From an uncultured bacterium (GTDB taxonomy: Bacteria > Patescibacteriota > Minisyncoccia > Phycocordibacterales > UBA6065), in NCBI GenBank assembly GCA_966243015.1, contig CBIMES010000001.1:143995-207994 (forward strand): 64,000 bases of DNA, given 5' to 3'. Position 1 is the first letter of the stretch, and the number at the start of each line of letters is the position of its first letter. A program made the translations under genes and the position numbers. Shown one piece after another: positions 1 to 9,280 of this stretch. A model generated the notes under the pieces. The model worked only from the letters and a program-made list of their open reading frames with translations, had not been told where the DNA came from and did no database searches.

Positions 1-13
1 ATAGAATTAAAAA

Positions 14-226
14 ATGAATTTTGAAGACTACATAAAAACAGTTGCCCCAAAAATTGGGCCTAAAAATGCCTTTGATTTGGCAAGGGACTCTAGGTTAAAG
101 GCTTTAGAAAAATTGCTTATTGAAAAATGTGGTGTTACCCAGAAGGATATTGACTCCGCCAATGAAAGCCAGTTGAAAGAATTGGCCGAAAATATCATGA
201 AAATGCCGCCCCCTCCTTCAAACTAA
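14..226 (+). CDS. hypothetical protein (AT-rich segment)
   Basis: 70-aa ORF, 3 nt upstream of the next ORF; visibly AT-rich compared with the rest of the window. Confidence 0.6.
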   Translation: MNFEDYIKTVAPKIGPKNAFDLARDSRLKALEKLLIEKCGVTQKDIDSANESQLKELAENIMKMPPPPSN

Positions 227-229
227 CTC

Positions 230-787
230 ATGGCAAAGAAAATAGATTATTACGAAGATTTCCTAAAAACCATAGAAATAAGGGAGAGGATAAATCGTGA
301 AAAAAGTACAAAGAAAATAGCTATCTCGGGCATAGTGCTGGTAGCTTATATTTTTCTTGTATTGATTACTCTTAGTCAAACAAGGGCTTTTTCATTTTTA
401 TCATTTGACTCGAAATCAGAAATTGAAAATCTAAAGACTCAAATTAATGTCACTCAAGACAAGATAGATAGCGTACTAAGCGCAATCTCAAGCGGAAAGA
501 ATATTTCATATCAATATCTTGATCAAAGGATTAGCTCTATAGAGGAGAAAAATAGTTATCTATACGAGACGATACTTTCCAATCCAGACACCGCCATCAC
601 TCCAAAAATACTAAGTGAGGAGCAGAAGAACCTTGATGAAAAAATACAAGACCTTAGATCCCAGACCGATAAGACAAACTCAATACTCACAGGTATCTTG
701 ATTACCGTTTTGCTGGCAATGGCTGGCTACATAGTTAAGCAAATATGGACCACCTTTGTGTCCAAAAGGGAGACGATCAAAGAATAA
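230..787 (+). CDS. hypothetical membrane protein, two TM helices flanking a coiled coil
   Basis: Hydrophobic IAISGIVLVAYIFLVLITL and ILTGILITVLLAMAGYIV; heptad-like middle. Confidence 0.7.
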   Translation: MAKKIDYYEDFLKTIEIRERINREKSTKKIAISGIVLVAYIFLVLITLSQTRAFSFLSFDSKSEIENLKTQINVTQDKIDSVLSAISSGKNISYQYLDQRISSIEEKNSYLYETILSNPDTAITPKILSEEQKNLDEKIQDLRSQTDKTNSILTGILITVLLAMAGYIVKQIWTTFVSKRETIKE

Positions 788-1003
788 ATGACTCAGAACG
801 GGTCGATTGGATAAGATTCAAAGGGTCGCAGAAGTGTTATTAGGTATAGCGCCGTTTGGCTCTATCCCGAGGACGCCAGCAAAATCGCGCGAGACTAGTT
901 ACAGTATCGCGCTCGTTATCATAATCGGGCCATTAAAACAATCGCCAGAAGCGCGGCTTTTTCCTCGCGCCTACCGTCTCCCTCGGCAATCCCCATGATG
1001 GGC

Positions 1004-1031
1004 TTGCAATACCCCCTAGGGGGTATATACT
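1004..1031 (+). promoter_or_regulatory. csoR promoter with CsoR operator
   Basis: TTGCAA (1004-1009), TATACT (1026-1031); perfect palindrome ATACCCCCTAGGGGGTAT (1009-1026) with the C/G tracts typical of CsoR operators. Confidence 0.85.
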
Positions 1032-1038
1032 TATTTTC

Positions 1039-1314
1039 ATGAAATACATAGACGATAAGAATAAGGCGAAGATAATTCGGCGTCTCAAGCTGATCGAGGG
1101 TCAGGTGAGGGGTCTCCAGAAGATGATCGAGAATGACGTGTACTGCATAGACGTCATTGCCCAGACGTCGGCCTCGAAGCAGGGGCTGTCTAATGTCGAG
1201 GATCTGCTTCTCGAGAATCATCTGGGTCATTGCGTCGTGAACCAGGTCCAGTCTGGCGAGGTGAAGAGGGCAAAGGACGAGATTATCAAGGTCTATAAGC
1301 TAAAAAGGAAATAA
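1039..1314 (+). CDS. csoR: CsoR/RcnR-family copper-sensing repressor
   Basis: RLKLIEGQVRGLQKMIEND-YC...HLGHC with C-H-C ligands. Confidence 0.9.
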   Translation: MKYIDDKNKAKIIRRLKLIEGQVRGLQKMIENDVYCIDVIAQTSASKQGLSNVEDLLLENHLGHCVVNQVQSGEVKRAKDEIIKVYKLKRK

Positions 1315-1315
1315 A

Positions 1316-1879
1316 ATGAGGGTGTCGATATATTTCGCGCTGGGTCTTGCGGTTATGGGCGCCGTTCTGGGCATCGCCTTTGGGTACTATCTGACTCCGG
1401 AGTACAGGGTTTCCATGTACGACAAGAGCGGCATGAGTCTTGGCGAGGCTGACCGCGCCTTCGACCTTCGCTACGTCAATGCGATGATTGCCCATCATAC
1501 GGGCGCGATGCTTCTCGCGGAACAGCTTGCGAAGAATACCGCTCGCCCAGAGATGAAGGCTCTCGCCCAGAGCATCCTTGCTGATGAGCCGAAGGCAATA
1601 GCCGAGCTGTATTCATGGAAAAAGAGCTGGTACGATGACGCGAAGGTCGTTCGCAAGCCTGTTGTCGCCAACCTTGGTCCCGCCGACGACAAGCTTGACC
1701 TGAGGTTCCTGAACGCCATGATCGCTCACCACGAGGAGGGGATTGAGATGACGAGGGAAACCAGGCGGAAATCGAGCCGGGCGGAGGTGCTGAACAATGC
1801 GGATGCGGTCGAGGCCTTTTTGACGGGCGGCATAGGTAAGCTTCGGGGGATGAGGAGCGATTGGTATAACGTAGAGTAG
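1316..1879 (+). CDS. DUF305 (CopM-like) metal-binding protein, membrane anchored
   Basis: Two MIAHH motifs; N-terminal TM helix. Confidence 0.85.
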   Translation: MRVSIYFALGLAVMGAVLGIAFGYYLTPEYRVSMYDKSGMSLGEADRAFDLRYVNAMIAHHTGAMLLAEQLAKNTARPEMKALAQSILADEPKAIAELYSWKKSWYDDAKVVRKPVVANLGPADDKLDLRFLNAMIAHHEEGIEMTRETRRKSSRAEVLNNADAVEAFLTGGIGKLRGMRSDWYNVE

Positions 1880-1885
1880 ACGCAT

Positions 1886-4144
1886 ATGGCCACTCACATT
1901 CTTAAGGTCGGCGGCATGCATTGCGCTAGCTGCGCGTCCGTCATCGAGAAAAGGCTCGGGGCGACCCCTCATGTCAAAGCAGTTTCCGTAAACTACGGCA
2001 CCGAAAGGGCGAAAGTGGAGTATAACGACGGGCTCGTCTCCGTCGCCGACATGAATCGCGTCGTCGGGAAGCTCGGCTACTCCCTTTCGGCAACGGATGA
2101 CTCCGTGGCTGGTTCGCACGACCATGCGGGCGCGGGAGAGGGCGGCGCGGACCATCTCGCGCACAAGACTGAGTTCATCCTGCCTGTCACCGGCGCTGTT
2201 TTCGGTCTCATGATGTGGGACATTTCAGCGAAGGTGTTTCCCGGCGTGCCGAACCTTCCTATTCCCATGTCTCTTTTCAATATCGTGGGCATGGTCCTCG
2301 CGACAGTTGCCCTGTTCTGGGTGGGTAGGCCGTATCTGAACGGTGTCGTAAGATTCATCAGGCATGGGGTCGCCAATATGGACACGCTTATCGGCCTCGG
2401 AACAGTCGCCGCTTATGCGTACAGCATCGCCCTCACCCTCGTCCCGTTTCTTGGAACCTTGCTCAGGGTTCCCGAGTACACATACTTCGATGTCACCATT
2501 GTGGTGATTGGATTTATCACGTTGGGAAAGTATTTGGAGGCCCGATCGAAGAGAAGGACGGGTGATGCTATAGAGAAACTCCTTAATCTGCAGGCGAAGA
2601 CGGCTCTGGTTGTTCGCGATGGCAAGGAGGTGGAAGTCTCGGTGGGTGACGTGAGGCACGGTGACCTGATCATCGTTAAGCCTGGTTCCAAGGTGCCTGT
2701 TGACGGCGTGGTAACCGAAGGCTCGTCCTTCATCGACGAGTCAATGGTGACGGGGGAGCCAATGCCGGTTCAGAAAAAGACCGGAGACACGGTCGTGTCG
2801 GGAACCATGAATACGAGCGGATCATTTGTTTTCAAGGCTACGAAAGTCGGATCGGAGACTCTTTTGGCTCAGATCGTAAAAATGGTAGAGGAGGCGCAAG
2901 GCAGCAAGGCACCGATTCAAGCCTTGGCTGACAAGATATCGAGTGTTTTCGTCCCCATCGTGCTTGTCGTCGCCTTTGTTACCCTCGGAGTGTGGCTTCT
3001 GGTCGGATCGCGGTATCTTGGATTCTCCCAGGCTCTTTCCCTTGGACTGGTCTCATTCGTCGGGATTCTGGTCATCGCGTGTCCGTGCGCCCTCGGCCTC
3101 GCCACGCCGACCGCGATTATCGTTGGCGTCGGAAAGGGCGCTCGAGAGGGCATCCTCGTCAAAGATGCGGCAACCCTTGAGAAACTTCACAAAGTCACTA
3201 CCGTCGTCGTTGATAAGACGGGTACAATAACAAAGGGCAAGCCTTCGCTGGTGGACATTCAGAGCGTCTCTGATTTGGGCGATGCCGACATGGTCTCAAT
3301 CATCGCCTCAATCGAGAGAAAGTCTGAGCATCCCATCGCACACGCTATCGTGGGCTATGCTGAGGGGAAGGGCATCCCGCTCTCGAGCGTGTCTCATTTC
3401 GAGAGCCTGCAGGGTAGGGGGCTTAGGGGTGAGGTCGGGGGCACGGAGTACTTTGTCGGAAACATGCGGCTGATAAGGGAGCTCGGACTCGCCTTTGACG
3501 GTCAGAGGATCGCTGAGCTTGCCTCTCAGGGTAAGACGCCGGTGCTTCTGGCCACGGGCGTAAGGGTCTTGGGTTTCGCGATGGTCGCGGACGAGGTGAG
3601 GCAGGAGTCGAAGGCGGCGATTGCGGGGCTTCACAGGCTGGGCATTAAGACGGTTATGCTTACCGGCGATGATGAGAAGACTGCGAGACACATTGCGTCC
3701 CTTGTCGGTATCGACGACGTCGTAGCCCATGTGCTGCCGCAGGATAAGCTTGAGAAGATTCGCGCGCTTCAGGAGTCTGGGCATGTCGTCGCGATGGCTG
3801 GCGATGGGGTCAACGATGCGCCCGCCCTTGCTCAGGCTGATGTGGGCATCGCCATGGGGACGGGTACCGACGTGGCCATAGAGTCGGCGGGCATCACGCT
3901 TCTTGGGGGCGATATATCGAAACTGGTTAAGGCCGTTAAGCTCTCGAGGGTCACCATGAGGGGCATCAAGCAGAATCTGTTCTGGGCGTTTGTCTATAAC
4001 GTGGTCGGTATCCCGCTGGCGGCAGGGGTCTTTTATCCAATCTTTGGCTGGGTGCTCAATCCCGTCTTTGCCGGGTTCGCCATGGCAATGTCGTCGGTGT
4101 CCGTCGTATCGAATTCGTTGCGTATTAAAGCTAAAAAGATATAG
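1886..4144 (+). CDS. copA: copper-translocating P1B-type ATPase
   Basis: GMHCASC HMA domain, TGE, CPC, DKTGT, HP, GDGVND, YN and MxxSS motifs. Confidence 0.95.
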   Translation: MATHILKVGGMHCASCASVIEKRLGATPHVKAVSVNYGTERAKVEYNDGLVSVADMNRVVGKLGYSLSATDDSVAGSHDHAGAGEGGADHLAHKTEFILPVTGAVFGLMMWDISAKVFPGVPNLPIPMSLFNIVGMVLATVALFWVGRPYLNGVVRFIRHGVANMDTLIGLGTVAAYAYSIALTLVPFLGTLLRVPEYTYFDVTIVVIGFITLGKYLEARSKRRTGDAIEKLLNLQAKTALVVRDGKEVEVSVGDVRHGDLIIVKPGSKVPVDGVVTEGSSFIDESMVTGEPMPVQKKTGDTVVSGTMNTSGSFVFKATKVGSETLLAQIVKMVEEAQGSKAPIQALADKISSVFVPIVLVVAFVTLGVWLLVGSRYLGFSQALSLGLVSFVGILVIACPCALGLATPTAIIVGVGKGAREGILVKDAATLEKLHKVTTVVVDKTGTITKGKPSLVDIQSVSDLGDADMVSIIASIERKSEHPIAHAIVGYAEGKGIPLSSVSHFESLQGRGLRGEVGGTEYFVGNMRLIRELGLAFDGQRIAELASQGKTPVLLATGVRVLGFAMVADEVRQESKAAIAGLHRLGIKTVMLTGDDEKTARHIASLVGIDDVVAHVLPQDKLEKIRALQESGHVVAMAGDGVNDAPALAQADVGIAMGTGTDVAIESAGITLLGGDISKLVKAVKLSRVTMRGIKQNLFWAFVYNVVGIPLAAGVFYPIFGWVLNPVFAGFAMAMSSVSVVSNSLRIKAKKI

Positions 4145-4146
4145 GT

Positions 4147-5154
4147 ATGAAGAAACACACTTTTCACGTCTCGGGAACTCACTGCGCGTCATGCAAAATC
4201 CTCATTGAGGACACTTTGAATGAGCAGGATTTCATCGGCAACGCCCGTGTTGATTTGAAGCGGAGGGTCTTGGAGGTTGAGGCGAGCGAGGGTATGGATC
4301 CGAGGCAGCTCGCTGGTTTGATTACAGACAAGATTCGCTCGAACGGCTACGCGGCGCTTCTCGATGCTCCCCAGGGGGAGAAGCGGGAAAATGGCCTTGC
4401 CTGGAAGGCGATTCCCCTCGGCCTCGGCCTGCTTGCCCTGTTCTTCCTGCTTCAGAAATCAGGCGTTCTGAACGTCGGCCTGGGCGGTCAGGTCACTCCG
4501 GTGACCAGCCTCATCATCGGCCTCGTCGCGTCTGTCTCGAGCTGTCTGGCGGTCGTCGGTGGCCTTGTCTTGTCGCTCTCCGCGAACATATCGAAGGATG
4601 GCGTGGGTGACACGAAGGCGTTCCTGCTGTTCCACGGCGCAAGGTTGGCGAGCTTCGCAGTGCTGGGCGGGGTACTCGGTGCCGTCGGTGGCGTCATCGG
4701 CATAAACCTGACGCTCGCGGCATCGCTTGGCATCCTGGCATCCCTGGTGATGATTCTGCTCGGATTGAATCTGGTCGGGGCCTTTGAGAGGGGCGGGCTC
4801 ACCATGCCGTCAGCGGTGTTCAACACGCTCAAGGGCGTCGAACACAAGACGTTTGCGCCCTTGGCGCTGGGCTTTGCGACATTCTTCCTGCCGTGCGGAT
4901 TCACGCAGTCGATGCAGGTGTCGGCGCTGAGCAGCGGCACCTTTATCTCTGGTCTTATGATTATGCTCTCGTTCGCCCTTGGAACGCTACCCGTACTCGC
5001 CCTCCTCTCATTCGGTTCCGCTTCGTTCGCTCGCGGCAGGCACGCTCCTTTGTTTTTCAAGTCAGCGGGAGTGGTGGTGATAGGCCTTGGACTGTTCGCG
5101 CTTCTCTCGGGTCTGGCGGGTGTCGGAATTATTAACCCGATCTTCAATATATAG
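4147..5154 (+). CDS. HMA + DsbD_2/TauE-like membrane protein
   Basis: GTHCASC N-terminus; SSCLAVVGG and LPCGFTQ in a multi-TM domain. Confidence 0.85.
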   Translation: MKKHTFHVSGTHCASCKILIEDTLNEQDFIGNARVDLKRRVLEVEASEGMDPRQLAGLITDKIRSNGYAALLDAPQGEKRENGLAWKAIPLGLGLLALFFLLQKSGVLNVGLGGQVTPVTSLIIGLVASVSSCLAVVGGLVLSLSANISKDGVGDTKAFLLFHGARLASFAVLGGVLGAVGGVIGINLTLAASLGILASLVMILLGLNLVGAFERGGLTMPSAVFNTLKGVEHKTFAPLALGFATFFLPCGFTQSMQVSALSSGTFISGLMIMLSFALGTLPVLALLSFGSASFARGRHAPLFFKSAGVVVIGLGLFALLSGLAGVGIINPIFNI

Positions 5155-5158
5155 TCGC

Positions 5159-5557
5159 ATGAACAGAACTGCCTCAATTATTGTGGCGACCGCCCTTGTC
5201 ATTGGTATGGGCATCGTGTTTTTCGGTCGGTCGGGGAGCGTCCCCGACTCTCGCGACGCCGGTCCCGCCCAGAACGTGGAGGTGAGGGGCGGCGTTCAAT
5301 ACATAACGATTAACGCCCGAGGAGGGTATGCGCCGAAGGTGTCCACTGCTCAGTCTGGTGTCCCGACCAAGCTCGTCGTGAGGACGAACGGGACCTATGA
5401 CTGTTCGGCCTCTCTGGCGATTCGATCAATCGGCTATCAGAAAATTCTTCCCCAGACGGGAGAGGAGGTGATTGACCTCGGAACCCCTCAGGTCGGAGAG
5501 ACCGTGCGAGGCACCTGCGGCATGGGGATGTACGGTTTCAGGCTGGAGTTTATCTGA
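5159..5557 (+). CDS. cupredoxin-domain protein
   Basis: GGYAP...YDC...TCGMGMY; start moved to ATG 5159 just after the upstream stop. Confidence 0.8.
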   Translation: MNRTASIIVATALVIGMGIVFFGRSGSVPDSRDAGPAQNVEVRGGVQYITINARGGYAPKVSTAQSGVPTKLVVRTNGTYDCSASLAIRSIGYQKILPQTGEEVIDLGTPQVGETVRGTCGMGMYGFRLEFI

Positions 5558-5587
5558 TTCTTTGCCTTTATGTCGTATACTGGAAGT

Positions 5588-6493
5588 ATGCAGAAAATAA
5601 TTTCACATCTTTGGTTCGACACACAGGCAAAGGAGGCCGCGGCGTTCTACGCCTCGGTATTTCCTGATTCGAAAATCACGCATTCGTCAGTGCTCCACGG
5701 CACGCCGTCGGGCGACTGCGACGTGGTGTCGTTCGACGTCATGGGACACTCCTTCATGGCCATCAGCGCCGGCCCGTACTTCAAGATCAATCCGTCTATT
5801 TCTTTCATGGTCAACTTCGACCCGTCGCAGGACCCAGACGCCCCGGCGCACATCGACGAGATTTGGAACAAGCTCATCGACGGCGGCACTGCGCTCATGG
5901 CGTTGGGCGAGTACCCATTCAGCAAGCGATACGGCTGGGTGCAGGACAAGTACGGCGTGTCATGGCAGCTCATTCTCACCAACCCGCAGGGTGAGCCTCG
6001 CCCTCGCGTCATTCCGTCGTTTCTCTTCACGAACGAGGTGAGCGGCAAGGCAAAAGAGGCGAGCGACTTCTACCTTTCCGTGTTCAAGGACGCAAAGCGC
6101 GGCGCGCTTGCGCTGTTCCCGGAGGACACTCCCGTGCAGAAGAAGGGCGACGTCATGTTCTCTGACTTCACCCTCGAGGGCCAGTGGTTCGTCGCCATGG
6201 ACGGCGGCAACGTGCATGACTTCCGATTCAACGAGGCGGTGTCGCTTCTCGTGAACTGCGACACCCAGGAGGAGATGGATTACTACACCAACAAGCTCTC
6301 TGCCGTTCCCGAGACCGAGCAATGCGGATGGCTCAAGGACAAATACGGTGTCTCGTGGCAGATCAACCCGCGCCGCATGGAGGAGATGATGCGCTCCGGC
6401 ACCCCAGAGCAGGTCGAGCGCGTGACCAAGGCGTTCCTGCAGATGAAGAGGTTCGACTTGGCCGCGCTCGAGAGGGCATTCGCGGGGGAATAG
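5588..6493 (+). CDS. VOC/PhnB-like (3-demethylubiquinone-9 3-methyltransferase family) tandem-domain protein
   Basis: HLWFD..A.EAAAFY; duplicated GW.xDKYGVSWQ. Confidence 0.9.
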   Translation: MQKIISHLWFDTQAKEAAAFYASVFPDSKITHSSVLHGTPSGDCDVVSFDVMGHSFMAISAGPYFKINPSISFMVNFDPSQDPDAPAHIDEIWNKLIDGGTALMALGEYPFSKRYGWVQDKYGVSWQLILTNPQGEPRPRVIPSFLFTNEVSGKAKEASDFYLSVFKDAKRGALALFPEDTPVQKKGDVMFSDFTLEGQWFVAMDGGNVHDFRFNEAVSLLVNCDTQEEMDYYTNKLSAVPETEQCGWLKDKYGVSWQINPRRMEEMMRSGTPEQVERVTKAFLQMKRFDLAALERAFAGE

Positions 6494-6529
6494 GGAAGAG
6501 GACCCCAAGGGAAGTAGCCAAGGGATATA

Positions 6530-6602
6530 ACAAAAATATACTCGCTGCGCTCGTTGTTTTTGTAAATAACGCACACATATTCGCACCGCTCATTGTGTGC
6601 GT
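6530..6602 (-). repeat. two tandem copies of a 34-nt GA-GC-GNN-GC-GA hairpin element
   Basis: 6530-6563 and 6569-6602, 39-nt period, different but self-complementary stems; third copy at 48807-48840. Confidence 0.8.
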
Positions 6603-6632
6603 AAAAAAGCCGCGAAGAGATTCGCGGCTTTT
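6603..6632. terminator. bidirectional intrinsic terminator
   Basis: AAAAAA GCCGCGAA gaga TTCGCGGC TTTT. Confidence 0.8.
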
Positions 6633-6790
6633 CCTTTGAAAGGTTGTGCCTTCGCCGCGCGTATCATAAAGAGGGCGATGCTCAGGATGGCGGACCGTAT
6701 TCCGATTGTACCGACACGTCGCCCTCGATACGTTTAACTTCACTTTTTCTTTACCGGTTCTTTACAAGTTTTTTATGACACTACAACCAT

Positions 6791-7873
6791 ATGAGACACC
6801 TCACGCTCAGAGACTTCAAGAGGGAGTTCGACGCGCATCTCAGGACCTTCGTCCGTGAAAAGGCGGCTTCGGCGAAGACGCTTGCCCAGAACGAGCGCAT
6901 CGAGCAGAGCGTCGACCATGCCGTCAGCCTTATCATCGGCGGCGGCAAGCGCATCCGTCCGTACCTCGCGTACCTTATGTACGAGACCGCGGGAGGCAAG
7001 GACCCGAAAAGCATCATGCGAGCCCTGGTCGGCCTCGAGCTCTTTCACGTCTTTGCCCTCATCCACGACGACATCATCGACGAGGGCGTCGAGAGACACG
7101 GCATGCCGACCCTTCATGCCTTTTACAGGGATTCCGTCATGCCGAAAGGCAAGAAGTTCGAGCAGGTGTCCATTGGTCAGGCGATTCTCGTCGGTGACCT
7201 CATCTTCAACTGGTCCCGCGAGGCCTTCGAGGCAGGCGTCTGTCCTGCGGTGTCCGGGACGGTCTCGGCCGAGGCCGCCGTCGCCGCGCGGACGCTGTTC
7301 ACCGAGCTTGTCGATGAGGTCATCGTGGGCCAGATGATCGACGTGGACATCATGTCGCGCGACAAGGCGACCGCCACCGAGATCGAGCGCAAGAACGAGC
7401 TCAAGACCGCGCGCTACAGCTTCATACAGCCTATGCGCATCGGCGCCGCGCTCGCGAACAGGGCCGGCGAGTTCGACGAGTACGCGCGGCGCGTGGGCCT
7501 CGCGCTGGGCATGGCCTTCCAGATCCAGGACGACATGCTCGACATCATGGGCGACAGGAGGAAGACCGGGAAGGCGCTTATGAGCGATCTGGAGCAGGGC
7601 CAGCACACCTTCTTTACCCAGTACGTCTTTGACAACGGCTGCGTCGAGCACAGGGCCGCCCTCAAGGGTCTCTTTGGCCGGCCGCTGTCTGACGACGAGC
7701 GGAAGGCGGCGAAAGGACTCTTCGAGGAGTCGGGCGCTCTCACGAACGGAGTCACCCTGGTCAAGGCGTACTGCGACGACGCGACGTACGCGGTGAAGGG
7801 CGCCAAGTTCGGCGTCGCCCACGGCAGGCGCTGGTCTGAGCTCGTCGGTCTTATATCGGCCCGCACCGCCTAG
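6791..7873 (+). CDS. polyprenyl (FPP/GGPP-type) diphosphate synthase
   Basis: GGKRIRP, HDDIID..R, GQMID, KTARY, FQIQDDMLD; Phe at -5 of the first Asp-rich motif suggests a short-chain product. Confidence 0.92.
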   Translation: MRHLTLRDFKREFDAHLRTFVREKAASAKTLAQNERIEQSVDHAVSLIIGGGKRIRPYLAYLMYETAGGKDPKSIMRALVGLELFHVFALIHDDIIDEGVERHGMPTLHAFYRDSVMPKGKKFEQVSIGQAILVGDLIFNWSREAFEAGVCPAVSGTVSAEAAVAARTLFTELVDEVIVGQMIDVDIMSRDKATATEIERKNELKTARYSFIQPMRIGAALANRAGEFDEYARRVGLALGMAFQIQDDMLDIMGDRRKTGKALMSDLEQGQHTFFTQYVFDNGCVEHRAALKGLFGRPLSDDERKAAKGLFEESGALTNGVTLVKAYCDDATYAVKGAKFGVAHGRRWSELVGLISARTA

Positions 7874-7900
7874 GTCGGGCTCTTTGCTATACTTAATCAT

Positions 7901-8296
7901 ATGAAAAAAATAATAACGCTCTTGCTTCTGGTCGCGGTCGTCGGTCTGGGTATCTTCATGCTGGCGCGCGACCGGCGCTCGGCTGACGAGGGCCCGAACG
8001 ACCTCTCGTCGGAGGTGAGCAACATTATGGTCTCGGGAGAGGTGGTTGAGGTTGACTTGCAACAGGCAATGGTCGACGGTCCGTACCTCCTCGTGGTCAG
8101 GCAGGACGACGGCAACGAGACCGTCATTGCGGTGCCTTCCATGGGCCTTCAACTCTGCGCCGCCAAGGATTCTATAACTCACCCGTCCGAGATTGAGGAG
8201 GGCGACAGGGTTGAGGTGAGGGGAGCGCTCGCCACGGGCGGCAATGTCATACCGTGCGAGTCAGCCGAGCATTATCTGAGGGTGGTAACTGAGTAG
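7901..8296 (+). CDS. hypothetical membrane-anchored protein (OB-fold-like)
   Basis: N-terminal TM helix; IEEGDRVEVRG; two Cys. Confidence 0.7.
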   Translation: MKKIITLLLLVAVVGLGIFMLARDRRSADEGPNDLSSEVSNIMVSGEVVEVDLQQAMVDGPYLLVVRQDDGNETVIAVPSMGLQLCAAKDSITHPSEIEEGDRVEVRGALATGGNVIPCESAEHYLRVVTE

Positions 8297-8301
8297 GCGC
8301 C

Positions 8302-8706
8302 ATGAGAACCGCCCTGATTGCCTTCGCCGGAACGCTTCTGCCTCTCTTGGCAATTGACTGTGCCTACCTGTTTGGCGCGGGAGGCTCTTTCTACCAAAGA
8401 CACATCAGCCATCTTCTCGCCCCTTCGCCGAGCTATCTTCCCGCGATTATCTTCTATCTCATCTACGCGGTCGGCATTGTCTTCTTCGTTGTATTGCCCG
8501 CGCTTCGGGGTGAGTATGGCTACACAAGGGTTTTCCTGACGGGCGCGTTCCTAGGCCTTCTCGCTTACGGCGCGTACGACTTTACCAACCAGTCATCCCT
8601 CCGAGACTGGCCGGTCATTGTGACCGTCGTCGATATCGCGTGGGGAATGCTGCTTACGGGCACCGCGGCCGTGGCGGGGTATTGGGCATCGCGTTTGCTG
8701 GTTTAA
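8302..8706 (+). CDS. DUF2177 family membrane protein
   Basis: GAFLGLLAYGAYDFTN...DWP...VDIAWG. Confidence 0.85.
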   Translation: MRTALIAFAGTLLPLLAIDCAYLFGAGGSFYQRHISHLLAPSPSYLPAIIFYLIYAVGIVFFVVLPALRGEYGYTRVFLTGAFLGLLAYGAYDFTNQSSLRDWPVIVTVVDIAWGMLLTGTAAVAGYWASRLLV

Positions 8707-8721
8707 CCTTATTGAAGTCTC

Positions 8722-9276
8722 ATGTCGTCTCAGGTGAAAACTCATCGGGTGCTCTTCGGCGGAGGCTGCTTCTGGTGCACCGAGGCTGTCTTCAAGATGA
8801 TTAGAGGCGTTGTCTCCGTCATGCCCGGGTACGCGGGCGGCTCGACCAAGAATCCGACGTACGAGGAGGTGTCGAGGGGGACCACGGGGCATGCCGAGGT
8901 CACAGAGGTTGTCTATGACCCGTCGGTCGTTCAGTTCGACGATCTGCTCGCCGTCTTCTTTGGCACCCATGACCCGACGACGCTCAATCGCCAGGGCGCC
9001 GACGTGGGTACCCAGTATCGGTCCGTCATCTTCTGCGAGACCGAGGGCCAGCTGTCGGCGGCAAAGACTTTCATTGCGGACATTAATGCCTCGAATGTCC
9101 ATGGCGACCCGGTCGTCACCGAGGTTCTCCCTATGGCGGACTTCTATCCGGCAGAGGAGTATCATCGCGACTACGCGGCCCGCAATCGGCAAAATCCATA
9201 CTGCGAGGTCGTGATTAATCCCAAGCTCCAGAAGGTCCAGGAGCGTTTCGCGGGGCTTCTTAAAAGCATAAGCTAA
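8722..9276 (+). CDS. msrA: peptide-methionine (S)-S-oxide reductase
   Basis: [37 protein letters not shown]. Confidence 0.97.
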   Translation: MSSQVKTHRVLFGGGCFWCTEAVFKMIRGVVSVMPGYAGGSTKNPTYEEVSRGTTGHAEVTEVVYDPSVVQFDDLLAVFFGTHDPTTLNRQGADVGTQYRSVIFCETEGQLSAAKTFIADINASNVHGDPVVTEVLPMADFYPAEEYHRDYAARNRQNPYCEVVINPKLQKVQERFAGLLKSIS

Positions 9277-9280
9277 ATAT

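Noticed and set aside
6498-6524. GAGGACCCCAAGGGAAGTAGCCAAGG resembles the SRP RNA core
   Set aside because: No GNRA loop, no 5' pairing strand or long closing helix, and it starts right after a stop codon.
6524-6606. 34-nt hairpins as integron attC sites or a CRISPR array
   Set aside because: Too short for attC and they end GTAAA rather than GTTRRRY; only two tandem units with a 5-nt gap; no integrase or cas gene in the window.
6773-8182. Long antisense ORFs (also 27392-28378, 36860-38053, 41875-42912, 44060-44992)
   Set aside because: Shadow frames of recognised genes, expected with high GC at third codon positions; no recognisable motifs.
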